Assembly: GCF_000143415.4 (NCBI RefSeq)
Contig: NW_003314357.1
Coordinates: 257,811-321,810, forward strand
Source of the DNA: Selaginella moellendorffii
Lineage: Eukaryota > Plantae > Lycopodiophyta
Reading direction: 5' to 3'
Length of the DNA: 64,000 nucleotides
How positions within the stretch are numbered: position 1 is the stretch's first letter; every line of letters begins with the position of its first letter. Below are positions 37,713-50,999 of this stretch, in pieces. The translations under genes and the position numbers were made by a program. The notes under the pieces were generated by a model, which saw nothing but the letters and a program-made list of their open reading frames with translations, made no database searches and was not told the DNA's origin.

Positions 37713-40700
37713 TGTGAAACACAAATCCTTAAGCCCCAAAGTGGAGCCGAAATGGTGCCACGTAGTAGTGGCCAAAGTGAAAGCCAAACGAGCGTAATAC
37801 GTTTGGACTAAAAACTCCGACTTGAAGAGTCGAGAGCGGAAGTGGAACTCCCGTTAGAGTGCTCAAGGAACGAGAATGAAGCAAGCAATAAAAGAGTCCT
37901 TAGAAAAGGGACACAAGAGGACCATCACATGACACGAGATGGAGTCCAAGATGGAGTCTAAGATAGACCGAGACGGAGTCTAAGATGGAGTCTGAGATGG
38001 ACCAAGATGGAATCTGAGATGGAGTCCGAGATGGAGTCCAAGATGGAGTCCGAGATGGACCGAGACGGAGTCCAAGATGGAGTCCAAGATGGAGTTTGAG
38101 ATGGACTCGAGATGGACCCAAGATGGAGTCCGAGATGGACCCGAGATGGAGTCCGAGATGGACCGAGTTGGAGTCTGAGATGGAGTTCAAGATGGACCTG
38201 AGATGGAATCTGAGATGGAGCCCAAGAAGGACCTGAGATGGAGCCTGAGGTCGAGACTGAGACCGAGACCAGGACCGAGACCGAAATCGAGACCAAGGCT
38301 AAGCCTGAGTCCAAGTTCGAGTCTAAGTCCAAGTCCAAGGGTGAAAGCCCAAAGCGTTCGTCTCCCAGACCCTAGGGGGTTTGGTGAGCTCCAAAAGTAT
38401 AGTAAGAGGAGGACTCCAGTAGAGCCAGTTTGGCCAGGAAAGGCTAGTTTGGCCCAGGAAGGCTGTACCCAAGTGTTGGGTGATGGGATAACCACTGGGA
38501 TGTCCAAGGCTAGAATGAATATGGACTGACAAACGGGGTAGCTTGGTGAAGTGTTCAAGAGTCGACTCTAGTTCCCCCGGGAGATCAAATGGCCAATGCT
38601 CTTAGTCTAAATATGGGTGGCACTACCTACTTGGACACCTAGCGTGGCTCAATGGAACCTTGCTCTAAGCCCATGGCTAGAGCACCCAAAGGCAGAAGGT
38701 GGGGAGAGTACCCATGAGGCTCGCGTAGGGCCGCCGTGTTTTGAAATGTTATCCCAATGTCCCAGACTATGGAAAGGAAGAAGAATGGTCCTTTGGTGTG
38801 GTGACCAATAATACAGCCATGTGGTAAGGAAGTCCCAGAGGACAATGAGACTTAGTGGTTGGGCTTGTGGGCCTTATCCCAGTGGCAATGTTGGCGAACA
38901 CGGCCATATGTAAGCAACCAAAGGGAATGACTTGAGAAACGATCCATAGGGGTTCAAATATAGAGGGAAAGGGCCCATGAACAAGAGTGCACCCCTTTTT
39001 CCAATCGGTCAAGGGTCTTGGGATAGTTGGGGTTAAGCGTCCTTGGGTTTGAATAGTACTGGGTTGGGTGACCTCCCGGGAAGTCTAAACTCAGAAGCTT
39101 ATATTTGGTATCAGAGAGGTCTCAAGTCCGACTCTGTTGGTTGGCTAAGGGAATCGCACCACATGTTGATTGACATCTGGCTGGTCCAGTTTGCTCCGCT
39201 GGGCTCGACCCGAGGGGTAGGGTGTCAAGAGAGCGGGGCTCTCGGGAGAGCTGCGGCTCTTAGCTTCCGTTCACGAGGGCGTGAACTTGTAGGGAAGCGT
39301 GGTGGATTGGGGTCCGACTCTGTTGGTTGGCTAGGGGAATCGCACCACATGTTGATTGACATCTGGCTGGTCCAGTTTGCTCCGCTGGGCTCGACCCGAA
39401 GGGTAGGGTGTCAAGAGAGCGGGGCTCTCGGGAGAGCTGCGGCTCTTAGCTTCCGTTCACGAGTGCGTGAACTTGTAGGGAAGCGTGGTGGATTGTAAGC
39501 AACCAAAGGGAATGATTCAAGGTAGGGTGTCAAGAGAGCGGGGCTCTCGGGAGAGCTGCGGCTCTCAGCTTCCGTTCACGAGGGCGTGAACTTGTAGGGA
39601 AGCGTGGTGGATTGTAAGCAACCAAAGGGAACGATTCGAGAGACGATCCATAGGGGTTCAAATATAGAAGGAAAGGGCCCATGAATAAGAGTGCACCCCC
39701 TTTTCCAATCGGTCAAGGGTCTTGGGATAGTTGGGGTTAAGCATCCTTGGGTTTGAATAGTACTGGGCTGGGTGACCTCCCGGGAAGTCCAAACTCAGGA
39801 GCTTACACCATGGACAAAAAAAGGGACTTGGTGGGGACTGTAAATGGGATATTAGGGAAGGTTGTTCCCCATGTCTGTGGGCATTTTAAGGATGTTAAAG
39901 AGTGGATCTAAGATGGTCACTCATGGATGGATGGCCCAATCCTTGAGAGATGGGACTGCGATGCAGATGGTGTTAAACCACCGATGTGACCAAGGTGAAT
40001 GAGCATAGCCTTAGCGTAATGGGCTGGTATGTCGATGGTACCTTGGGGCTGGTCCAGTTTGCTCCGCTGGGCTCGACCCGAGGGGTAGGGTGTCAAGAGA
40101 GCGGGGCTCTCGGGAGAGCTGCGGCTCTTAGCTTCCGTTCACGAGGGCGTGAACTTGCAGGGAAGTGTGGTGGATTGTAAGCAACCAAAGGGAACGATTC
40201 GAGAGACGATCCATAGGGGTTCAAATATAGAGGGAAAGGGCCCATGAATAAGAGTGCACCCCCTTTTCCAATCGGTCAAGGGTCTTGGGATAGTTGGGGT
40301 TAAGCGTCCTTGGGTTTGAATAGTACTGGGCTGGGTGACCTCCCGGGAAGTCCAAACTCAAGAGCTTACACCATGGACAAAAAAAGGGACTTGGTGGGGA
40401 CTGTAAATGGGATATTAGGGAAGGTTGTTCCCCATGTCTGTGGGCATTTTAAGGATGTTAAAGAGTGGATCTAAGATGGTCACTCATGGATGGATGGCCC
40501 AATCCTTGAGAGATAGGACTGCGATGCAGATGGTGTTAAACCACCGATGTGACCAAGGTGAATGAGCATAGCCTTAGCGTAACGGGCTGGTATGTCGATG
40601 GTACCTTGGGGTGTCGGTTATGGGATCGGACACATGGAGCACTTGGACCAAGTGCAATGGTTGAATGGCATGGATGCCATTCTTGGGGCTAGCAAGTCCC

Positions 40701-40803
40701 TAAATCTAGAATAGGACTTACAGAGGTTGTGAGTGAGACTCCTTTAAGTGGTCGAATGTGTGGTTAAGTGACTAAAGTAGAATGGAAAATTTAGTCGCTT
40801 ACA
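37713..40803 (+). mobile_element. Solo LTR family A containing a nested Cassandra array
   Basis: Reverse complement of 4527-6066, with TG..CA ends and near-TSD ATAAG/ACAAG. Confidence 0.85.
38909..40370 (+). mobile_element. Cassandra-type TRIM array with 5S rRNA-derived LTR segments
   Basis: 195-bp LTRs at 38909-39103, 39613-39807 and 40176-40370, plus a stub at 39494-39520. Each full LTR has GTTAAGC.TCCTTGGGTTTGAATAGTACTGGG.TGGGTGACCTCCCGGGAAGTC (5S box A/IE/C). PBS TGGTATCAGAG at 39106, TSD CCATA/CCATG. Confidence 0.92.
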
Positions 40804-41699
40804 ACAAGGCATAATAGCAAGGGTGTTTGGCAGACATGGTAAGCTATCATCTAGTAAATATTGAAAGACTAGTGGTCATCCTATAATTACACCTTAGAAT
40901 ACTTAGGATGCTCTATGATATATAGTGGAACACCATCCCCTAATATCTTTTCTTCAATCCCTACCAATTAACACTATGTCATAAATGTGACTTCAAGTAT
41001 TGAAAGTTACCTGTCAGGTAATCCTTTCAAATATTCTTTCCTTACTACCACGATAGTAAGAGGTTGGTATTACTGGACTCTTTATTAATCTCCACTTGAG
41101 TTAGTTGAGTCTTAAATCGAATAAACATAAGGTAGGAACTTTATGTGTTTCTTGCTGAGCATACTTGGCCCGATTTGAGAAACTTGTGTCATTAGCTTGC
41201 ACTTGCTAATATCAAGAACCTTTGTGATATTGAGATTTGGATAAATAGCCCAATCTTAGAGAGGCAAAACCATTGTAGAGGTGGTTTTAGACAACTAATG
41301 AGATATAAAAATGGATATGGCCTTAGTGTAAGAACAATTGTACCTTTGAGTGTTTAAAGTGGGACTAAGCATGGAGCATTTAAGTCAACATGGCTTTAAG
41401 ATTTGCTCCATTAAACTTGAAAGTCATGGGATATGAAACTTCTAGAGTGGATTTCTTATTGTCACCTCTATGATAATCATTTAGTAAGAAAATCTGAAAA
41501 CTAAACCTACTCACACACCACTCCACTATCAAGGATAGGTTACTTTTTACAAGTACCTCAGTTAGTAGTTGAGCAAACATATTCCCACCAAGCAACCATC
41601 TACTGATGGGATGTGCAAAAGGAGCACTATTAGGCCAAGGTCAACACCACATTGTTATATAGTTGTGCCATATGGGTGCCCAGCCAATCATTGACAAGC

Positions 41700-41741
41700 T
41701 ATACATATATGTATATATATATATGTATGTATATGTATATC

Positions 41742-41794
<53 letters not shown>

Positions 41795-41845
41795 GTATAT
41801 ATGTATATATATATATGTATATATGTATGTATATATATATGTATG

Positions 41846-41879
<34 letters not shown>

Positions 41880-41956
41880 TGTATGTATATGTATATATGT
41901 ATATATACTGATATACATACATATATATATGTATGTATATATGTATGTATGTGTAT
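41700..41956. repeat. Compound (TA)n/(TATG)n microsatellite
   Basis: Directly visible. Confidence 0.97.
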
Positions 41957-42257
41957 ATTGCACTCCTATGTTAAATAAATTTCTATTTGATGGCACACAA
42001 TCATCTGCACTCCAGTTGCTGTGACATAAAATGAAATATATAGTTTTTAGATATGAAATATATAGAAACGACACAGCTTGTGTTTAGTTCGAGTCAAAAG
42101 TGCTTGATTCTTATATCTTGGACCATACTTCACGAAAACTAACGATGAGGTATAATGCTTGCCTTCCTTCTTACTTTGATCTACACAAAATTTGACAACC
42201 TTGAAATCAATCACATACCACCATAAGTGAGTTCATCGTCCACAGGTTTCATATCAT

Positions 42258-44000
42258 TTAGGGCGCAATGCTATTGGTAAGCAACACATAGTGAATGGAG
42301 CTCGCTGGATCCAACTGACCCGCCCCACACGCGCTCAAGAATGTAGTCCACGTTACATCGTTTGGGCGGTAGGGCATTGCTTGGAGGAGATCTAGTGCTT
42401 CTTCGATTTGCCCAGCACGCGCAAGAATCCCCAGCATTCGCGTGTAGTGATCGAGCCCTGGCTCCAGCGAGTGATCGTGTCTCATGGACACAAAGCTCTC
42501 CCGCGCCAATGCTACCAGCCCGCTATGGCCACAGCTAAAGAGAAGGCTGTTGAAGACCACGTGGTCGGCTGGGATGCCGTGGTGGAGCATTGCCCTGAGC
42601 GTATCGACGGTCGCCCTGGCACAGCCGTTGAGAGCGTAGGACGCAATCAGGGCCGTCCACAGCACTGCATCGTCTCCACCTCCCTTCTGGACAGCCAGAT
42701 CGAACAGCCGACAAGATTCTGCCACGTAGCCCCTCTGCGCGTGTGCGGCAATCGTCGCCGTCCACGACATTGCCTCCCTCTCGGGCATCTTCTCCAGGGC
42801 TTCTTGAGCGAGTGCGAGATGCCCGTTTTGGGCATATGCTCCAACCATTGCGTTCCAGCACACGCAATCGCGCCTTGGCATTAGATCGAAGATGTCTCTC
42901 GCTCTATCAATGGAACCATGGATGGAATAGGCGATTATCATTGAAGTCCAGCACACCATATCCACATTCACAGTGGAAGAAGCCATGGAATGGAAAATCT
43001 TCTCGGCCTCGTCCAAGCAGCCGCTCTGGGCAAGCGCCTGGAGCATTGCGGTCTTGCTTGACAGATTCCACATTGGCATCCTGGTAAAAACTGCCCTGGA
43101 ATCTCCATAACCCGAGCATGCCGCCACTAAAACGGCATTCCAGGACGTGATGCTGCGGTGTGGCATCTCGGAGAAGATGCCATGGGCTTTGCCGTATATG
43201 CCGTACTGCAAGAATGCGCCAATGATGCCCGTGCAAGCTCCGGAATCGTGACGCGGCATCTTTGCAAACACCTCTGTCGCGCCCTCAAGATGCCCGGACA
43301 GGGAATATGCCCTGGACAGGATTGTCCACGACACGGCATCTGGGCGTGGAATGGAATCGAACACCATGCGTGCCTCTGTAAGCTTTTGGGACTCGGTGTA
43401 CATTCCAAGTATCTCGTTCCACGACACCACATTGGGCTCTGGCATCTTCGAGAAGAAAAGACACGCACAAACAATTTGCCTCCTCTGGGCATATGCCGCA
43501 AGCATAAGATTCCACGTGTATACGTTCCTGAGGGGCATGGAATCAAAGAGCGATATCGCGGCACTAAGGTTCTCAAGATTTGATAGAGCGGTGATGACGT
43601 AATTACAAGAGAAAACATCCCAATGGGGCATAGAGTAGAAGATCTGTAAACATGTTTGGAAATGCCCTACCTGGGCATATGCGGTGATAAGCGTGTTCCA
43701 GGCCACCATGTTCCACAGAGGCATCCGATCGAAGGTTCCTTTCGTGCTGTGGGGATCGCTATTGCGCACGTACGCGGCGGCCATGGTGTTCCACGAAACA
43801 AAGCTACGCTCGGGCATGGAATCGAACAGTCGCTTCGCCGCTGCCACATCCCCAGTCTGGGCATGACTGGAGATTATCATGTTCCACGTCACCACGTCCC
43901 AGCTGGGCATTCGGTGGAAGGTGAAGCGGGCCTCCTCCATTCTCCCCGCTTGAATCAGTGCCTGGATCCTGGCGGTCCACGGTATCGCGATCCTTGGCAT
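42258..44000 (-). CDS. PPR protein (S-motif-rich PLS class, truncated E domain), intronless
   Basis: Tandem ~31-aa units (VxWNxMIxAYAQxGxxxxAxxxFxxMP) ending MPYRPNDVTWTTFLSAC..HYVLL. First in-frame ATG is at 44000. Confidence 0.85.
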   Translation of the reverse strand: MPRIAIPWTARIQALIQAGRMEEARFTFHRMPSWDVVTWNMIISSHAQTGDVAAAKRLFDSMPERSFVSWNTMAAAYVRNSDPHSTKGTFDRMPLWNMVAWNTLITAYAQVGHFQTCLQIFYSMPHWDVFSCNYVITALSNLENLSAAISLFDSMPLRNVYTWNLMLAAYAQRRQIVCACLFFSKMPEPNVVSWNEILGMYTESQKLTEARMVFDSIPRPDAVSWTILSRAYSLSGHLEGATEVFAKMPRHDSGACTGIIGAFLQYGIYGKAHGIFSEMPHRSITSWNAVLVAACSGYGDSRAVFTRMPMWNLSSKTAMLQALAQSGCLDEAEKIFHSMASSTVNVDMVCWTSMIIAYSIHGSIDRARDIFDLMPRRDCVCWNAMVGAYAQNGHLALAQEALEKMPEREAMSWTATIAAHAQRGYVAESCRLFDLAVQKGGGDDAVLWTALIASYALNGCARATVDTLRAMLHHGIPADHVVFNSLLFSCGHSGLVALARESFVSMRHDHSLEPGLDHYTRMLGILARAGQIEEALDLLQAMPYRPNDVTWTTFLSACGAGQLDPASSIHYVLLTNSIAP

Positions 44001-44439
44001 ACAACGGAGACTCAAAATCGGGGCTATGGCGCATTTGGAAGGGAGCGCGCTTCAAGCAGTACGGGGACACGGCCGAGCCCTGGAGAGTCTATCCTACCCC
44101 AGCTCTGGGGTAGGATATAGATCCGCGCCACCCTTGGTATGCTGGAGAATTACTGAGCCTTTCCATTTGGATCACGGGGCAAGGTGACGCTAACGAGTAG
44201 GCTCCCAGGCTTGTGGGAGTGGAGCGTCTCGTTACCGGGTTACCAAGATCGATCAAGCCCATTTTCTCTTTTGAGTGGCTTTAACGAGTGCGTGGCACTG
44301 GAAGTTTTCCCCACCATGCCGGATCAAGGCTTTGGCTGTTCTTGGTGCCTGCGCCGTCTTGGCAGCGGGAGAAGACGACAGAGAGGTGGCTGGATAAATG
44401 GTGAAAGTGGGCTCTCTGCCTCGAGTCTAACCGGTTTCT

Positions 44440-45040
44440 GGCAAGCATGCTACTCGACTTTTACGTCAACTGTGGATCTCTGGAAGATGCTCCACAGGCT
44501 TTTGACAGAATCCAAGACCGCAGTGTGTCATCTTGGAACGTTATGAACCGGAGAGCAATCAAGGCGAAGTGGCTCTCGAGCTCTTTTCTCTGATGCAACG
44601 CACTAGAGGTGGTGAGCTGGATGCTCGGACATTCCTCGTGGCAGCCATTGCCTGCACGAGTCTGGCAGCTAGAGAAAGTGCAGAACTTCTGCAGGGAAAA
44701 CTTATCAAGGTGGTCAATTTGGAAAGAGGCATGGCACTTCACAAACTACTTGGAGGAAAGGTCCCTGCGAACCTATTTGTTGGGAGCATCCTCATCAACT
44801 TGTACACGAAGTGCAGGAGCATGGTGGACGCTACTCGGGTCTTTGAGAAGATGCGACGTGGTGCTGTGGACTGCTTTGGTTCTGGCATTCGTGGAAAACA
44901 AAGAGGATAGCGGCCTTGGAGGTTTCCTCTCACATGCTGCAGGAGGAAAGCTTGGCACCAGACTCAAGAACTTTCATTGCTGTCTTGAGGACAAAGCTTT
45001 ACCATGGCGAGCCTCTGGTGTAGCGGCAGCTCCTTGATAT
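44440..45040 (+). pseudogene. PPR gene fragment
   Basis: ALELFSLMQ..DARTFLVAAIAC..LFVGSILINLYTKCRSMVDATRVFEKM with frameshifts. Confidence 0.7.
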
Positions 45041-45249
45041 CCCACTTGCTGCTGTTCCTGCCAAGCCAAAACAAATCATCAGCAATTCGATGGATCGATC
45101 AAAACATATCAGCCATTTTCCTTCCAAGTTATGCTTTTTTAATTATGATTATTGGACATTGTTTTCGTGAGGAAAACAATGCCTGTCATCTTCAATTCAT
45201 AATACTTATGCTTTTTTTCTGTTTTTGAATGCATGGATGAGAATTCTAT

Positions 45250-45680
45250 TATTTGGCTACAAGCAAAAGGACTCTAGCTTATTGTCCACAATCATTATAT
45301 GTTTGAAGTCCCACCCTGATCTTGAGAGATATTTCACAATTTTTTTTCCCTTCAACTTCTTTGGATGAATATAAATCTCTGTACAGACGATAGACAAAAA
45401 GATTCTTAGCCAAGTCAAGCTTATCCAAAATCTTATCCACATATGGCTTCATTACCCAAGTAAAAACCATGATCTCATATATTTTATTCATCTCTTTTAG
45501 AAAATCATCCATGCCTAGCCTCTTTGCCATAAGGTAACACTACAGTGGAATAATTTTCCCATTAAAGATCTTATAGGATGTTGTGGCGTTGTGGGCATGG
45601 ATTAATGTCTTATCCATGTCTAACACAAATGTGGATTTCTTCTCCAAAGCTGGTGGCAATGGTTTAACAACTTCACTTTT
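45250..45680 (-). pseudogene. NIF/FCP1-SCP-like CTD phosphatase pseudogene, intronless
   Basis: FVLDMDKTLIH (DxDxT), KRLGMDDFL, YEIMVFT, YVDKILDKLD, IMIVDN, with an in-frame TAG and a frameshift. Confidence 0.75.
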
Positions 45681-46487
45681 TTGTTCTTCTCTTTAGTGGT
45701 AATGTCAAACGTCGCAAAACTCCTAGTCCCATGGCCTTTTCATAGCTGATAGAAGCCCTAATACTTAATTGTAATGAACCTTTATATTTCAAGTTAATAC
45801 AAAGTTAAAGCTATAAAGTAGGAGTGATGTGAAATGAAAAACTCACAGCAATTGCAGTCAGTACACCATAAGACGTGATCCAAACCTGGTGAAATACAGA
45901 AGCACTTCATATTGAGAGTGAGAGATATGTGCACTCTTAACTTCAAAGACTTTTCTAAGTCTTAAAGCAGCAACTTGAGCTTCATCAGCTGGTGTCTATG
46001 TGCTGTGTCTGGGCATTTGGCAACATCTTCTCAAGAAACTCTTGCTATTTTATGTCGAAACAGAGAAAGAACAGGGAGATGGGAGATTTCCCTGATGGCG
46101 TCATTTTGCACTCGTTTCTCAGTAGAGCCGAGAGTTGAAGCTCTTTGCAAGGCACGGCTGTTACTTCTTCTTCTATGGCTTTTTAACGAGAATAAAGAAA
46201 GAAAAAGCAAGGAAAATGCTGGCAGAATTATGTTCTCTATAAGCCAATTTGTTCTACAAGTTTATGTTCACCTAGGTGCCAATGGATTGGAAACCGATGC
46301 GCCACACGTCAGACGATCCCATGGGATGAGAGCCTGGACGAAACTAAACGGCTTGCATACTCTCGGTAAGATAAAGGAAAGCATGAACAAGGCGTGCGCC
46401 AGCTTCAAATTTGTATTTATCAAAGAAACCCCTCCAATCTCCGTCAAAATCCTTCTTTCCATCAAACTTTCACGTATTACACGTTCT

Positions 46488-47675
46488 TTAAAAGCTTCTA
46501 AATCGTCCAGTGTCTTTTATGGCTTTTGTGCTTCTACCGTTCTCTGAATGACAATCCTCGTTCTCTGTTCGTCGTATGAGAGATCTCTGGATTTCTACCG
46601 CGTGATTGTCGGAAGAGTCATTCTGATCCACTGTCCACAAGAGTAAATTTTTCTTAGGGATAGCAGAGATTGTGACTTACCAGCATCAAAAAGACCAAAG
46701 TCCTCATCGTCAACGTGGCTTTGGCTTGAGGAAGTTTTTGTCGAAGGCTGTGAAATACGAGCTGTGAAAGAAAATGGTCAGCACTAACTATAGGGAAGTA
46801 ACAGTCTTTCCTTATATTTGATATCTTGAGCTTGTCGGGCTATGAAGCTCCAAATTATTGTCGTTTCCAACCTGCGCAAAAAGAGGCCCTTTATTCCAAT
46901 CTAAATAGTGAAAGGGAGCTCACCTCTACATTTAGAGCCGCATAATAATCCCCAACGACTTCGAGCTTTTCCAGCATTGTTGATGTGAGCCTCCATACGA
47001 AGATTGCTGAACGTAGGAAAACGCAAAATAGACATACCTTGACAACGACAATAGCTGTTGTAGTGGTGAATATCGTCTCACCATTAGATTTTGTTGGTAA
47101 ATCACGCTTGCTCTGCAAAGCCAACCCGAACGCCATGGCTCCTTGCAAGCCTATCAATAAAAACCATCAGTTAAGATCACAATCGCCGTGCTTAACAGCT
47201 CCGTACCGCTAAACCAAAGGGCCTTTTGATGCTTGAGAGGTATTTTCCTTGCAACTGGCCGAATCAAGTTGATCAAACATGCGCAAGTTAGCTGCTCTGA
47301 TAAAACAATAGCATTAGCAATGTAAAAACTTCCACGAGCAATACCTTGCTGCCAGGATAAACACTTGCAGGTGCCCTCTCAGTCAAGGAACACGTCCAAG
47401 AATAAATAATAAAATGAGAAAGGATACAATAGAGAAAAAGATGAATCACCGTGTAGATGAACCTGAAATTAAGGGTAAGACTCGGAAAAATATAAAGACT
47501 CACAAAATTGTTTCTGTCAATCGCGTAAAAGCTTGAACCGGTTCAGACAGGTTTTGAAACGCATAATGCTTCATGAGCTGCTAGAAGGCATTAGAGGAAA
47601 CCAAAAGACCACAAACTTACAATACCACAAAAGAGAATGGCTATGATTCCCGTAAGTCCAGCTAGCATGAACCTG
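46488..47675 (-). pseudogene. 3' half of an endosomal NHX5/6-like Na+/H+ exchanger, degenerate
   Basis: Exon remnants [61 protein letters not shown] and YFTAFDKNFLKP. Frameshift after RAAN, and the 5' half is absent. Confidence 0.75.
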
Positions 47676-47794
47676 GAAAACAAGCATAGGATCTTTTGTA
47701 ATGCTGGAAAAAAAACTCAGGAAAAGTACGGGAAAAGAACGAATAGACACCATTCCAGATTATGAAGGCTGCAACACAAAAGGATTCCACATCG

Positions 47795-48400
47795 CAAAAC
47801 ACTGCCCTGGAATAACCCGAGCATGCCGCCACTAAAACAGCGTGATAAGATGCCATGGGCTTTGCCGTATAGGCTGTAGTGCAAGAATGCGCCAATGATG
47901 CCCGTGCAAGCTCCGGAATCGTGACACGGCATCTTTTCTAACACCTCTGTCGCACCCTCAAGATGCCCAGACAGGGAATATGCCCTGGACAGGATTGTCC
48001 ACGACACGGCATCTGAGCGTGGGATGGAATTGGGCATGACTGGAGATTATCATGACCACGTCCCGGTGGAAGGTGAAGCGGGCCTCCTCCATTCTACCCG
48101 CGCCTTGGCGGTCCACCCTTGGCATACAACGAAGATTCAGTGCTCTAAAATCTGGGCTATGGCGCATTTGGAAGGGAGCTAAGGCGCACGGGCGCTTCAA
48201 GCAGTATACAATTCCAGCCAAGTGAGCTGGAGAGTCAATCCTACCCCAGCTCTGGGGCAGGATATAGTTCCGACATCACAGGCTGCTGTGCTTGTCGCGA
48301 GGAGCATGCTTCCTCGTTGGAACAAGGCCTTGCTGAGCCTTTCCATTTGCATCACAAGGTGATGCTGGAGAGGGAAACGAGTAGGCTCCCAGGCCTGGTG
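47795..48400 (-). pseudogene. Internally deleted duplicate of the 5' part of the 42258-44000 PPR gene
   Basis: Near-identical blocks to 43090-43355 and 43855-44210 (DAVSWTILSRAYSLSGHLEGATEV; GRMEEARFTFHR). Confidence 0.88.
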
Positions 48401-49205
48401 TTCTCGGGGATTCTGCGAACAATGTGCTGCTAGCGGTCAAGAGCTGGTTTTGTACTCCACAGGAGGCCGGTGTCAAGAGCTTCAGGCTCCTCTTGCGATC
48501 ATCCACCATCGATGTAAGCTGCAAGCGACGACAACGTATTATGGTTTTATCGTGAATGGATGTGAGCTGCTTATTTTCTTCTTCTTCTTTTATTATGCTG
48601 GAAGTACATCAAGTCTGAAGGAATTTAAACGGAATTTAATCATGTTTGGAGAAACTTAAAAAGGAAGAAAATACTTCTCTCACATCCACATCATCTTTTC
48701 CTGATCACCTCATCCACACCAACTCTCGTTTCCGCTCTCATTTCCGCGACTTTAGAAGCAAGCATCACAAGACTTTTAGAGTGATTGCATCCGTGCCCTC
48801 TATGACAATCACCTAGTAAGAGAATCTGAAGACTAAGCCTTGTAGGTAAGTAAAACTCAATGAATACCTACAATTGCTTCTCCACTCCGAGAGGTGTGCG
48901 CATTGTTGTAAACTCTTGCCAACTTTGTTTTCTTTTTGCAGATGGAGAAAACTTTTCATTCGTGGCACTGCTACAGGCAAGGATTGTGATGCAGGTCTTT
49001 GTGGAGATGCATATCACTCTCACTTTCTAGCTCATAAGATCAGATTCATGTCAACCAGTGATACCTCCCAGCCTATCCGATCTCAAAGTCTAAACATGAA
49101 ATTGATCTCAACCCCAGAGATGATGAGAGCATTTGAGCTTGAAAGAACTTGGCCCTCTCTCTCTCTCCCTCTCTCTCTTTCTCTTTGATTTTATGGCTAG
49201 CTAGG

Positions 49206-49934
49206 CTAGTGCCCTCCACTCTTTACGTGTTCTTCGTACGCAGCTGGGTCCATTAGGCCGTCGAGATCGGAGACGTTGGACATCTTCACTTTGATCAGCC
49301 ATCCCTCGCCAAACGCATTCTTGTTCACCTGGAAGCAAGAAGGCAATTCGGGAGTGATTCAAGAAAGAAAATTTGCTCCTGGTGTCACTTACGAGCGCTG
49401 GAGTTTGCTTGACTTCTTCGTTCACTTCAATCACTTCGCCAGACACTGGGCTGTAGATATCGCTGCAAGCCTTGACGCTCTCCACCACACCAAAGTTCTT
49501 CCCTTTCGTCACAGAAGACCCAATTTCTGGCAAATCCGCAAACACCACATCACCCAATTCATGCTACATACACACAACAATCACGAGAGATAGAAAATAA
49601 AAAGAGAAAAATTTCAAGCTCGTTTTACCTGGGCATGGTCGCTGATACCCACAGTTCCAGTCCCACTCTCCACCTTGACCCATTCGTGCGATTCCAGAAA
49701 TTTCAAGTCTTGGGGGATTGGAACGGTAGCTGCGGCTTCGGCTGGAAGAGAAAACGAAAGAGGGTAAGAATCACGTTGAATTTGCGTGCTAGATCCATGC
49801 ACATTGCGATGAAAATCCCAGGACTTACTTGCAAATCCTCGCGCCAGTGGAATCGCCAAGGCCTGCGCCAGGTGAGGCTGGCATCGAATTCTCAGAATCG
49901 TGGCAGCTTGCGCCGCCATAGACCGGAGCGCCAT
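49206..49934 (-). CDS. GDCH: Glycine cleavage system H protein, mitochondrial, 4 exons
   Basis: Exons 49934-49829, 49741-49629, 49563-49393, 49328-49206. [23 protein letters not shown], lipoyl motif [14 protein letters not shown], and an Arg/Ala-rich transit peptide. Confidence 0.95.
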
Positions 49935-50151
49935 CGTGTTGCTTCTACTCCCTTTCTTTCTTTCTTTCTAGGGTGCTTTCCACAAACACTGGACGCAGCC
50001 TTGCGGCCACAAAAGCTTCTACGCCCAATCCGGAATCCAGCCAATCGCATAATTCCCGCATTCAATAAATTAACCTGGGGTTAGGGTTCCTCTGTTTAGA
50101 TTCCTCGAATATGCTTTCCATGGCTACTTGAGCGATTAGAAGTAGAAGTAG

Positions 50152-50943
<792 letters not shown>

Positions 50944-50999
50944 GAAAGCTTCTCGATCGAAGAGATGGATAGAAAATAATGGAAAGCAAAAACCTCTTT

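Larger units (their letters stand above)
36898..40891 (-). mobile_element. Old LTR (family B) with PBS, split by the LTR-A insertion
   Basis: Reverse PBS tctgatacca at 36898-36907 next to TG at 36910. Flanks of the 37713-40803 insert rejoin into sequence matching 29260-29340. Right end is approximate. Confidence 0.6.

Noticed and set aside
39032-39085. 5S rRNA gene
   Set aside because: Only the internal promoter part is present, embedded in a 195-bp LTR with PBS and TSD, so it is Cassandra rather than rDNA.
39043-39498. 151-aa ORF with an internal repeat
   Set aside because: Duplicated non-coding Cassandra internal domain.
41641-42074. Tyr/Ile/Met-rich ORFs
   Set aside because: Artefacts of the TA/TATG microsatellite.
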